Shown here: positions 10,091-18,997 of the stretch, one piece after another | Numbering within the stretch: the stretch's first letter is position 1 | Layout of the letters: every line of letters starts with the position of its first letter | Assembly (NCBI GenBank): GCA_963678065.2 | Contig: CAXXVZ010000004.1 | Location: forward strand, 128,001-192,000 | From: Treponemataceae bacterium | GTDB taxonomy: Bacteria > Spirochaetota > Spirochaetia > Treponematales > Rectinemataceae | DNA: 64,000 nt | Reading direction: 5' to 3' | The notes under the pieces: generated by a model | Told to the model about the DNA's origin: nothing | What the model saw: the letters and a program-made list of their open reading frames with translations, nothing else | The model's database searches: none | Position numbers and translations under genes: made by a program

Positions 10091-11269
10091 TCACCTGCCC
10101 AGAAGGCGCAGGGTGATTCCGGCCTGCATCGCGACGCCGATGGGGAGGCAGTCCTCGTCGATGTCGAACATGCCGTTGTGCAGGGGCGCCGTGATGCCGC
10201 GCTCGGCGTTCATGCAGCCGAGATGGTAGAAGGCTCCCTCTCTCTCGTTCACGAAATACGAAAAATCCTCGACACCCATGCTCGGCTTTTCGCGGTGGAC
10301 GATCCTGTCCTTTCCCAGAAGCTCTTCCGCGGTCGCGATGATGGCGTCGACGGTGAAGTCGTGGTTTATGAGAGCGCGGTAGCCGTGCTCGACGACGAGC
10401 TCCCCCGAGCCGCCGAAGACTTTCGGGATGGAGGTCACGATGTCCCCGGCCATGGCGATGAGGCGCTCCTCGACTGCCGGGTCCGTCGTACGCAGGGTCG
10501 CCTTCATCGTCACCTCGTCGGCGATGATGTTGCTCGTCGCGCCTCCCGAGATGGTCCCGATGCTGAGCACAGCCGCGTCCAAGGGAGAGACGTAGCGGGA
10601 GACGAGGGAATGGAGGGCCGTCACGACGTGGCCGGCAATCATAATCGCGTCGATGCCGAGGTCGGGGTAGGCGCCGTGGGCGCTTTTGCCTTTTATGGCG
10701 ATGTGGAGGGTGTCGCTCGAGCCGTTCAGGGCCCCGTATTTCACTTCGACGGAGCCTGTGGGCACGTGGGGCATGACGTGAAGGCCTATGACGAAGTCCA
10801 CATGGGGGTTCTCGAGACAGCCGTCGCGGATCATGTCGGCGGCACCGCCAGAGGTCTCCTCGGCCGGCTGGAAGAAGAATTTCACTGCGCCCGCGAGGCT
10901 CTCGCGGCGCTCTGCGAAGTAGCGCGCGGTCCCGAGGAGGATCGCCGTGTGCGCGTCGTGGCCGCAGGCGTGCATGAAGCCAGGGTGAGTGGAGGCCCAC
11001 GCGGGCTGCCTCTCCTCGCGTATGGGCAGCGCGTCCATGTCCGCGCGGATGGCCACGGTCTTGCCCGGCGCAACGCCCCGGACGATGCCGACGATGGCTG
11101 TGGCCCTCTTCTCGTACTCGATGCCCAGACCGTCGAGCCAGGCGGCTATGGCGGCAGAGGTCTTGAGCTCTTCGTGCCCGGGCTCGGGTATCCTGTGCAG
11201 AGCCCGGCGGACTTCGACGAGCCAGTCTTTCATGCCTGCCGCGGCCGCGAGCAGAGCGTCTTTTTCCAT
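10091..11269 (-). CDS. M20D amidohydrolase
   Basis: RRALHRIPE, RADMDALP, MHACGHDAH, FQPAEE, EDFS, LHNGMF. Confidence 0.9.
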   Translation of the reverse strand: MEKDALLAAAAGMKDWLVEVRRALHRIPEPGHEELKTSAAIAAWLDGLGIEYEKRATAIVGIVRGVAPGKTVAIRADMDALPIREERQPAWASTHPGFMHACGHDAHTAILLGTARYFAERRESLAGAVKFFFQPAEETSGGAADMIRDGCLENPHVDFVIGLHVMPHVPTGSVEVKYGALNGSSDTLHIAIKGKSAHGAYPDLGIDAIMIAGHVVTALHSLVSRYVSPLDAAVLSIGTISGGATSNIIADEVTMKATLRTTDPAVEERLIAMAGDIVTSIPKVFGGSGELVVEHGYRALINHDFTVDAIIATAEELLGKDRIVHREKPSMGVEDFSYFVNEREGAFYHLGCMNAERGITAPLHNGMFDIDEDCLPIGVAMQAGITLRLLGR

Positions 11270-11297
11270 GCATATCCTCCACGCTGCGATTGTTGGC

Positions 11298-11360
11298 ACC
11301 GGGACCCTGTCCCGGTCCGGCCGGGTCCGATCGACTTACCCCGCAGCGAGCTGCGGGGTA
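11298..11360. other. Two GC-rich intergenic hairpins
   Basis: ACCGGGAC-CCT-GTCCCGGT (11298-11316) and TACCCCGCAGC-GA-GCTGCGGGGTA (11337-11360). Confidence 0.6.
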
Positions 11361-11383
11361 TGACCCCACTTTCCCGAATCATT

Positions 11384-12559
11384 TCATCTCAGATAGTCAG
11401 TGATTCCGACAGTCTCTCCGCCTTTCGCGTAGACGCGGGGAATGCGCCTTCCGAGAACCGCCATAATCTCGTTCCGGTTCGTCCCGGCGAGACTCGCGAG
11501 CTCGAGGACAGGGACGCCCGTCTCCGGTCCTCCTCCGAGCAGGAGGACTTCATCGCCTTCGGTGACGCCGGGGATGGCCGACACGTCGACATTCATCTGG
11601 TCCATGCAGATAAGGCCGATGACGGGGGCGCGCTTGCCGCGAATGATGACAGAGGCCTTGTTGGAAAAACAGCGCATGTAGCCGTCCGCGTATCCAATGG
11701 GGATGGTCGCGACGAGGGCGCCGGCGGGGGGGGCGACCCAGGAGGCGTCGTAGGATACGCATTCGCCCGCCCCGACCTTCCGTATGCGGGAGATGTCGGA
11801 TTTGAGACAGAGGGCGGGCGCGATGTCCAGGGCATCGGTGGAGGGCTCGGTCCTGAGCGGCTTCATCCCGAAGAGGATGGCTCCCACCCTCACCATGTCG
11901 AGCCGGAACTCGGGATAGCGCAGGAATCCTATGCTGTCGCAGATATGGCAGAGCGGGATGTCGACCCCCGCCTGTTCGAGGGCCGTGGCCGTGCGAAAAA
12001 AGTTCTCGGCCTGACGGATGTCGGATTCGCGGTCGCGCAGGGCAAGATGCGTAAAAAGTCCCTCGACCTGGATTTCCCTGTGCCCGCTCAGCGCGAGGAC
12101 GGCCCTGACGGGATCGTCGTACTCCTTGAGGCCGAGGCGGTTCATGCCCGTGTCGAGCTTGACGTGGACGATGGCCTTCTCGTGGCTGGCGCGGGAGGCG
12201 GCGACGAGAAGCTCGGCCTGCTCGGGCTTGAACACGGTGAGAGTGATCCTGCAGGCGACCGCGAGGCCGAGAAGCCTGTCGGGGGTGTGTCCCATGACCA
12301 TGATCCGGGCTTCGGGATAGTGTTGCCTCAGTTCAAGGGCTTCTCCGAGGAAGGCCACGGCCAGCATGTCCGCGCCATGGTCCAGGAGTTCACCCGCCAC
12401 GGCGATAGCCCCGTGGCCGTAGGCGTTGGCCTTGAGGACGCAGGCGACTTTGGTCTTGCTTCCTTTCAGGACTGACTTGACCGTGTCCAAGTTGCGCCCG
12501 ATCCTGTCGAGATCTACTTCCAGTCTTGTGCTGCGCAGAAGTTCGATGCCTGTTCTCAT
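11384..12559 (-). CDS. alr: Alanine racemase-family amino acid racemase (divergent copy)
   Basis: VLKANAYGHG, KLDTGMNRLG, VSYD, GYADG, ICMDQ. Confidence 0.85.
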   Translation of the reverse strand: MRTGIELLRSTRLEVDLDRIGRNLDTVKSVLKGSKTKVACVLKANAYGHGAIAVAGELLDHGADMLAVAFLGEALELRQHYPEARIMVMGHTPDRLLGLAVACRITLTVFKPEQAELLVAASRASHEKAIVHVKLDTGMNRLGLKEYDDPVRAVLALSGHREIQVEGLFTHLALRDRESDIRQAENFFRTATALEQAGVDIPLCHICDSIGFLRYPEFRLDMVRVGAILFGMKPLRTEPSTDALDIAPALCLKSDISRIRKVGAGECVSYDASWVAPPAGALVATIPIGYADGYMRCFSNKASVIIRGKRAPVIGLICMDQMNVDVSAIPGVTEGDEVLLLGGGPETGVPVLELASLAGTNRNEIMAVLGRRIPRVYAKGGETVGITDYLR

Positions 12560-13719
12560 GCCTCGTCCTCCTTTTTCCTTTCCGTCCGCCCTTCCCCCTC
12601 GTTCACATAAACCCTCGGGACCCGCTTGCCGACCATGCAGACAGTTTCATAGTTGATGGTGCCCATGCGCGCGGCGACATCGTCCGCGCCTATTCCGGCA
12701 GCGCCGAACAGCAGAACCTCGTCCCCGACCGAGGCGCCGGGACAGTCGGTCAGGTCGATCATAGTCTGGTCCATGCAGATCCTGCCGACCACGGGTGCAC
12801 GCCGCGATCCGAGAAGGACCTCCGACTTTCCTGCGAGGAGCCTGGACCATCCGTCGGCATAGCCCACGGGGAGAGTGCCGATGAGGCTCTCACGCTGCGC
12901 GGTCCAGGCGCATCCGTAGCTGACGGGGGTTCCCGCCGCAATCCTGCGGATCTGGACGATTCTCGTCTTGAAGCTCATGACCGGACTCAGTTCGATCTTC
13001 CCCTCCATCTCCGTCCTTGTCTCCGGCGAAGGCCACAGACCGTACAGGGCGATGCCTGGCCTCACCATGTCGAGGTGCGTTTCGGGGTAGCGGATCGTCG
13101 CCGCGCTGTTGGCGATGTGCCTCAGGCGGATCGCGAGCCCCGCCTTCCTGAGTTCGCCTTCGATGCCGAGGAAGCGCCCCAGCTGGAATCTGACAAAGGC
13201 CGGCCCGCTCTCGTCGGCTGTGGCGAAATGCGAGTAGATGCCCTCGATCGCGATTCCGGGCAGGCGGGAGGCGGCCAGGATCTGGGCGACGGCGCTTTCC
13301 GGCGAAAAGCCGAGGCGCGACATTCCGGTGTCGATCTGGACGTGGACAGTCAGGGGTTTGTGCGCACAAAGCGCGGCTTCGGAAAACACCGCGGCAGATT
13401 CAGGCGAGTACAGAGTGGCGGAGAGTCGCCTTTCGATCAGTTCGGGGACCTCGTCCGGAGCGACGGCCCCCATCACGAGGATAGGGACAGTCATTCCGCC
13501 ATCGCGCAGGGCCAGGGCTTCTTCGGCGGTGGCGACGGCGAGACGGCGGGCTCCGGCCGCAAGCGCGGCCCGGGCAATCCGGAGCGCACCGTGGCCGTAG
13601 GCGTCGGCCTTGACGACGGCGCAGAGCTCCGTCCCCGCGGGGAGCAGAGATGCAAGCGCCCTGACATTATGTCCCAGGGCGGCGAGATCGATTTCCGCCC
13701 AGACGAGCCTTTCCGGCAT
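12556..13719 (-). CDS. alr: Alanine racemase (canonical copy)
   Basis: VVKADAYGHG, DTGMSRLG, SHFATAD, HIANSAA, VSYG, GYADG, GRICMDQ, GTINYE. Its stop overlaps the next start (ATGA). Confidence 0.92.
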   Translation of the reverse strand: MPERLVWAEIDLAALGHNVRALASLLPAGTELCAVVKADAYGHGALRIARAALAAGARRLAVATAEEALALRDGGMTVPILVMGAVAPDEVPELIERRLSATLYSPESAAVFSEAALCAHKPLTVHVQIDTGMSRLGFSPESAVAQILAASRLPGIAIEGIYSHFATADESGPAFVRFQLGRFLGIEGELRKAGLAIRLRHIANSAATIRYPETHLDMVRPGIALYGLWPSPETRTEMEGKIELSPVMSFKTRIVQIRRIAAGTPVSYGCAWTAQRESLIGTLPVGYADGWSRLLAGKSEVLLGSRRAPVVGRICMDQTMIDLTDCPGASVGDEVLLFGAAGIGADDVAARMGTINYETVCMVGKRVPRVYVNEGEGRTERKKEDEA

Positions 13720-13788
13720 GAATAACCGCCTTTCGGGCGCTGACCTGGCCATGCCATTCATGTGGTCGAGGGCACCCTCAAGGCCCCA

Positions 13789-14952
13789 TTATAGTGCAGC
13801 GGGGTGACGCGGGGAAGTGAATTCCCGATCCCAGATCACGATGTCTGCCTGCATTCCAGGCTCGAGTCTCCCGCGTAGACTTCCCAGGCCGACGACGCGG
13901 GCGGGGGTGGATGTCAGGGCGAGGACGGAGGCCCACAGGGGAGCGCCGGTCGCGTCGAGCCAGGATCGGAGGATCTGGGGACCCAGCTTGTTGGAGCCCA
14001 TGAGGGTGTCTGTCTTCTCGTATCGGACACCTTTGGCAGCCGAGACGACTGTGTGCCCGAAATACTGGTAGGTGCCGAAGGGCAACCCCGCGGCCACGAC
14101 GGCGTCCGAGGTCAGCACGAGCCGCTCCGGGTCGATGCCTGCGGCGACGAGGCGCATGCATTCACGGTTGACGTGGATGGAGTCCGCGTTGAGTTCGACG
14201 GTGGAGCGCGTTTCCGAGAAAGCGAGGTTGGCGAGGCCGGCGTCCTTGTGGGAGATGCCCGACATGGCGTTGAACAGGTGGGTGATGGAGTAATCCCCAG
14301 GCGGCAGAGAACAGGTCGAAGGATCGCAGTCGGAGTGTCCGAGCGAGATCCTGACGCCCGCCTCTTCCAGGATGGGATAGATGTCTTTGACCCCGGGCAA
14401 TTCGGGCGCGACGGTCATGATCCGCAACTTTCCTCTCGTGATCGAGAGGATCTGCCTGAGGTAGCCGGCATCGACGGGGCGGATGAGATTTTCGGGGATT
14501 CCGCCGCGCCGTTTCGGGTTGACGAAGGGTCCCTCGATGTAGATTCCCGGAAGGACGCTTCCGGGAAGGCCCGATTCGTCGATCGCGTCGACGAGGGCGG
14601 AGAGCGCCCTCTCCTCGCACAGGAGGGTCGGGACGAAGGCCGTGACTCCCCGCGCGTACAGAAAATCGCGGACAGCCAGAATGTCGCTCCCGCCGCAGAC
14701 GGCGTCGAAGCCTATGCCTCCCGCGCCGTGAATGTGCATTTCCATGAAGCCAGGCGTCACGATCGCGCCGGCCGCGTCGATGCGCGGAAGACTGCCTGTC
14801 TTCGGCTCATCCGGCGCTCCGGCCTCGCCCGCCCACAGAATCCTGCCGTCGAGGACGACGAGGCGGCCGCCCTCCACTACCCTGTCGGGCAGGACGAGAG
14901 AGCCGCCCTCGATAACGTAGGATCGACCTTTGAAATAGGATTGACCTTTCAT
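13789..14952 (-). CDS. nagA: N-acetylglucosamine-6-phosphate deacetylase-like amidohydrolase (variant active site)
   Basis: HIHG, EGPF, TVAPE, GHS, THLFNAM, TSDA, GRLEPGMQAD. Confidence 0.75.
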   Translation of the reverse strand: MKGQSYFKGRSYVIEGGSLVLPDRVVEGGRLVVLDGRILWAGEAGAPDEPKTGSLPRIDAAGAIVTPGFMEMHIHGAGGIGFDAVCGGSDILAVRDFLYARGVTAFVPTLLCEERALSALVDAIDESGLPGSVLPGIYIEGPFVNPKRRGGIPENLIRPVDAGYLRQILSITRGKLRIMTVAPELPGVKDIYPILEEAGVRISLGHSDCDPSTCSLPPGDYSITHLFNAMSGISHKDAGLANLAFSETRSTVELNADSIHVNRECMRLVAAGIDPERLVLTSDAVVAAGLPFGTYQYFGHTVVSAAKGVRYEKTDTLMGSNKLGPQILRSWLDATGAPLWASVLALTSTPARVVGLGSLRGRLEPGMQADIVIWDREFTSPRHPAAL

Positions 14953-17192
14953 TCCCCCAGTCTAGCCGCTTCGGCCGCCTTGCGGAATAGATCCGCCCAG
15001 GAAGAATCCGCGCAAAACCAGGCCGGGGGCCTTCCGAGAGGCGCGTCGACGACGACGTAGCCGCCCGCCGATTCCGTGACCTCGCCCGACCAGAGATGGA
15101 CCCAGTTCCCTTTGGGCAGCCAGGCTTTCCGGCTCGTTTCGCCTTCGCGGATGACGGGAGCGACGAGGAGGTCGGGGCCGAGGAGGTACTGGTCCTTCAG
15201 GTTCCAGCTCTCCTTTTCGTCGCCATGCTGGAGAAAGAGGGGGCGCATCACGGGGATGCCTTTCCCCGTGTTCTCGGCCTCGGCGGCCACGAGGTAGCCC
15301 TTGAGAGCGACGTGGAGGCGGACCATGGACGCGAGATGGGCGAGGGTTTCCGCGTCCGAATCGAACTGCCAGTTGTCCTTTGGGCGGTTTCCCTCGTGCG
15401 TGCGCATGAGGGTCGTGAAGGCGGCCTGTTCAGTCCAGCGCATGAAGAGTTCCTTCGTGCGCCTCATGCCGTAGAGGGTCGTGTAGCCGCCGATGTCGCT
15501 GTGGTGGATGCCGTGGCCGCACATCGCGAGCGAGAGGGCGGAGGTGATGACGGATGGCAGTCCGTCGTCCTCGGACCAGTCGACGTTCTGGTCGCCCGCC
15601 CACATGGATGGGCAGTAGTGCTGGCTGCCCGTGAAACCCGCGCGCATGAAAAAGAGGATCTCGTCGAGCTTCCCCGCCTCGACCACGGCCTCGTAGTTGC
15701 ATCTGGCCCAGAGCGCCGGCCAGAGATTGTGGGCGAGCTCGGCCTCCATGCCGGAATGAAGGACAGCGTCGGTGGGAAGGTACTCACCGAAGTCGGCCAT
15801 CCAGCCGCCGAGGCCGAAATCGATGAGGTTGCGCCTGATCACGCCCTTGTACCACTCGAAGGCAGCCCGGTTCGTGAAGTCGACTATCCCCGCGTCGAAC
15901 TCGCCGAAATCGACGAGATAATCGCCACCGGCCGCATTTTTCGCGAGGTAGCCCAGGCGGGACGCCTCTTCGAAGAGGCTCCAGCCCGAGCCGACATAGC
16001 AGTTGATGTAGCCGAGGAAGCGCGTTCCGGCCGCCCTGAGACGCGCGATCTTTGCGTCGAGCCCCGGATAGCGCTCGCTGTTCCAGACCCAATCCCAGCG
16101 CAGGCGTTGGCCGAAGCTCGTCATGTTGATGCCTTCCCAGTCCTGTACCCAGATTCCGGCGATCACGACGCCGGCCGCCCGGGCGGTCTCGGTTTTCCGC
16201 AGGCATGTCTCGGTTCCGCCCTGGATACCGAGTATGACGCCGTCGTGGGTCCAGTCAGGCGGCATCGGCTGGCGCCCGAAGAAGGAGGACAGGTCGCTCA
16301 CGAGACCGGTCATGGACTCCGATGAGCCGATGACGAGTTTTTCCGGCATGGCCCAGGCGTAGAGTTCGTGGACATCGGGCCGGGTGAAGTCGAACTCGGC
16401 GTAGGCTGTGGTCTCGAGGTGATACCAGAGTCCCGCGCTCGAGGCGAAGGTCGGCTGGGGGTAGAAGGTCCACCAGTAGTCCCCTCCGCAGCGGTCTTTC
16501 AGGTCCGCTTCGAAGGTGATGGCCGTCCTCTTGTTGCGGCCGACACCCTGCTCGCTCGTCCACAGGGGGAATTTTTTGCCGCGGAGGTTGAAAAAAGAGA
16601 ACTGCTCGCCGCAGCCGTAGACCTTGTCGTCTGCGGCCGCGGGGAGGGATATGCGGTAGCGGTTGGGAGCCCCGGTCCGCCCGGTTCCGACCCCGGCCTG
16701 GCCCGGGCGGGCGGCCTCAGCCTTTGCCGGCTCGCGGACACCGCGCCGGCCAGCCTCAGTCGAAGAAGACGCAGGCGCAAAGCGCATCTCGAGACGGCCT
16801 TCCGCCACGCCCAGGCTGATTCGTGTCGGGTAGAGGCCATTGCGGGAGAACAGAAGCTCGACACTGCCGGAGCCGAGCTCCACTCCGGCGTAGCCAACGG
16901 CGGCGCCACAGGCTGCTGCGGCTAGAGCGGCCCGCGCGTCGGCGGACTCCGTCGGCTTAAGTCTCCCTGGCGTGGAGCCAGCCGAGGGAAGGGGCGCCAG
17001 CTCCCAGTCGCCCAGGCCGACGAGCTCGTCGAGGTGCTCGGAAATCTCGAAATTGCCCCGGTACATGCTGAAATTGCCCTCGCCCCGGCCGACGGCCAGG
17101 AAAGGCCTATCCTGGCTGTGCCGCAGGACGACCTTGCCGTCCATGAGTATTTCAAAGCCCCGCCCGATAGCGTTCATCCGGATAGTGCCCAC
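14949..17192 (-). CDS. yihQ: GH31 sulfoquinovosidase (YihQ-type)
   Basis: YGCGEQFS, SEQGVGRNK, QDWEG..TSFGQRLRWDW, WMADFGEY, WAGDQNVDWS, SDIGGYT, RTHEGNRP. Confidence 0.9.
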   Translation of the reverse strand: MGTIRMNAIGRGFEILMDGKVVLRHSQDRPFLAVGRGEGNFSMYRGNFEISEHLDELVGLGDWELAPLPSAGSTPGRLKPTESADARAALAAAACGAAVGYAGVELGSGSVELLFSRNGLYPTRISLGVAEGRLEMRFAPASSSTEAGRRGVREPAKAEAARPGQAGVGTGRTGAPNRYRISLPAAADDKVYGCGEQFSFFNLRGKKFPLWTSEQGVGRNKRTAITFEADLKDRCGGDYWWTFYPQPTFASSAGLWYHLETTAYAEFDFTRPDVHELYAWAMPEKLVIGSSESMTGLVSDLSSFFGRQPMPPDWTHDGVILGIQGGTETCLRKTETARAAGVVIAGIWVQDWEGINMTSFGQRLRWDWVWNSERYPGLDAKIARLRAAGTRFLGYINCYVGSGWSLFEEASRLGYLAKNAAGGDYLVDFGEFDAGIVDFTNRAAFEWYKGVIRRNLIDFGLGGWMADFGEYLPTDAVLHSGMEAELAHNLWPALWARCNYEAVVEAGKLDEILFFMRAGFTGSQHYCPSMWAGDQNVDWSEDDGLPSVITSALSLAMCGHGIHHSDIGGYTTLYGMRRTKELFMRWTEQAAFTTLMRTHEGNRPKDNWQFDSDAETLAHLASMVRLHVALKGYLVAAEAENTGKGIPVMRPLFLQHGDEKESWNLKDQYLLGPDLLVAPVIREGETSRKAWLPKGNWVHLWSGEVTESAGGYVVVDAPLGRPPAWFCADSSWADLFRKAAEAARLGE

Positions 17193-17222
17193 AGTGTGCC
17201 TCGCTGAAAGTGATGGCCGCCT

Positions 17223-18056
17223 CTAGCCTTTGACCCCGCCCGCCGAAATTCCGCGGATGAGGAACTTCTGCATCGAGACGGTGAATATGAAGACAGGCAG
17301 GAGCATGAGTGTGCCGGCAGCGCAGGCCTGGCCCCAGGTCAGGGTCTCGCCGCCGATGAGGCCGTTGATGGCTATCGGAGCTGTCTTGGCCTTGGTCCCG
17401 GTGAGGATGAGAGCGTAAAGGAACTCGTTCCAGCTGTTGATGAAGGCGAAAACCGCCGCGACGACGAGTCCGGGCGCGACCAGGGGAACGAAAATCCTGA
17501 AAAAGACGCCCATTCTCGTGCAGCCGTCGACCATGGCCGCCTCCTCGTAGCTCCGGTCCACCGCCGTGAAGAAAGGCAAGAGGAGCCAGATCACGTAGGG
17601 GACGTTGAAGCTTGTGTGCGCGAGGGAGATGCCGAAGAGCGTGTCCCTGATGCCCATGAACTTGAACATGAGGTAGAGGGCGATGACGAGGGATATCTGC
17701 GGCAGCATGCGGAAGACGAGGAAGCTGTAGGCGAGTCCGTTTCGCCAGCGGAAGCGGAAGCGCGCCACGCCGTAGGAGGCCATGGCGCCGACGAGGACGG
17801 AGAGGCCGGTCGAGAACAGGCCGACGATGATCGAGTTCTTCATGCCCAGGATGAAACCGGGGTTCTTGAAGATGAGCTCGTAGCTCCGGGTGGATATCTG
17901 GCTGAACCGGAAGGGCGCTCCCGAGAGGATGACGATATCTTTGCGGAAGCCGTTCACCAGGGTCAGGGCTATGGGATAGAGCTCGACCGCGAGGACGAGG
18001 AAGGCGACGATGGCTATGACGATGCTCGTGAGGGTCTTGCGGGTTCGCTTTTTCAT
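17223..18056 (-). CDS. Carbohydrate ABC permease
   Basis: EEAAMVDG EAA loop, SWNEF, hydrophobic helices. Confidence 0.9.
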   Translation of the reverse strand: MKKRTRKTLTSIVIAIVAFLVLAVELYPIALTLVNGFRKDIVILSGAPFRFSQISTRSYELIFKNPGFILGMKNSIIVGLFSTGLSVLVGAMASYGVARFRFRWRNGLAYSFLVFRMLPQISLVIALYLMFKFMGIRDTLFGISLAHTSFNVPYVIWLLLPFFTAVDRSYEEAAMVDGCTRMGVFFRIFVPLVAPGLVVAAVFAFINSWNEFLYALILTGTKAKTAPIAINGLIGGETLTWGQACAAGTLMLLPVFIFTVSMQKFLIRGISAGGVKG

Positions 18057-18997
18057 CGTGTGCCCGCCTTTTCTTCAAGTGTGTCGAGGCTCATGTTTTT
18101 CCGCACCAGGGTGAGGGCGAATGCTATGGAGATCACGAGGAGGAAGATGGCCATGGCGCTCGCCATGCCGACCTTCTGGTAGCTGAAGGCCTGCCTGTGG
18201 GTGTAGAGAGAGAAGAGCAGCGTCGCGCTCCCCGGCCCTCCTTCCGTCATGACGTAGACCTCGCTGAACACGCGCAGCGCGTCGATGATCCTGAGGAGCA
18301 CCGCGGTGAGAATAGTCGGGGTCAGCATCGGAACGATGATGAGCCTGAGCTTTTTGAAGAAGGTCGCCCCGTCGATGTCGGCGGCCTCGATCATCTCGCC
18401 CGGGATGGCCGTGAGGCCGGCGTAGAGCATCATGAACATGAAGGGCCACATGCGCCAGATGTCCTGGACGATCATCGCGACGTAAGCCCACACGGGATCG
18501 CCGAGCCAGGTTATCTCGGGCGCCCCAAGGGTAAGGAGGAGCTTGTTGAGCGATCCGTAGCGCGGCTGGAGCATAAAGCGCCAGGTCATGCCCGAAAGGA
18601 TGGGCAGGAAGAACACGGGAAGGAGGAGAAGCGTCCGCACGACGCGGGCTCCGAAGAATTCCCTGTTGAGAAGGAGGGCAGCCGCGAATCCGAAGAGCAG
18701 CTCGACGGGAATGGCGATGAAGATGAATCCGAGCTGGAGCTTGAGGCTGTTCCAGAACTCAGGATCCTTGGACAGGGCAAGGTAGTTGCCCAGTCCCACG
18801 AATTTCCGCACACCGGCTCCTTCGGAGAGCGGCCAGTCGAAGCCGGACACGAAGAAGGAGAAGAGAATCGGGAAGATCAACACCGCAAAGACGATCACGA
18901 GCGCCGGGGCCAGGAAAAGGAAAGGCGCAGATTCCTGCGCCTTTCCACTCTGATCAGTCCCGGAGCCCGGCTTAGTACCCGGCCTTTTTGAGGACAT
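18053..18997 (-). CDS. Carbohydrate ABC permease
   Basis: FVGLGNY, EAADIDGA, TEGGPG. Confidence 0.9.
   Translation of the reverse strand: MSSKRPGTKPGSGTDQSGKAQESAPFLFLAPALVIVFAVLIFPILFSFFVSGFDWPLSEGAGVRKFVGLGNYLALSKDPEFWNSLKLQLGFIFIAIPVELLFGFAAALLLNREFFGARVVRTLLLLPVFFLPILSGMTWRFMLQPRYGSLNKLLLTLGAPEITWLGDPVWAYVAMIVQDIWRMWPFMFMMLYAGLTAIPGEMIEAADIDGATFFKKLRLIIVPMLTPTILTAVLLRIIDALRVFSEVYVMTEGGPGSATLLFSLYTHRQAFSYQKVGMASAMAIFLLVISIAFALTLVRKNMSLDTLEEKAGTR

Noticed and set aside
9225..11369. 714-aa ORF suggesting a long DppA fusion
   Set aside because: The upstream part is an Arg-rich alternate frame overlapping the M20 gene. DppA has its own SD and ATG at 10082.
10178..12475. Long plus-strand ORFs (also 47325-49586, 42804-44369 and 50989-52440)
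   Set aside because: These are antisense shadows of real genes, expected from GC-rich codon usage, and they carry no recognisable motifs.
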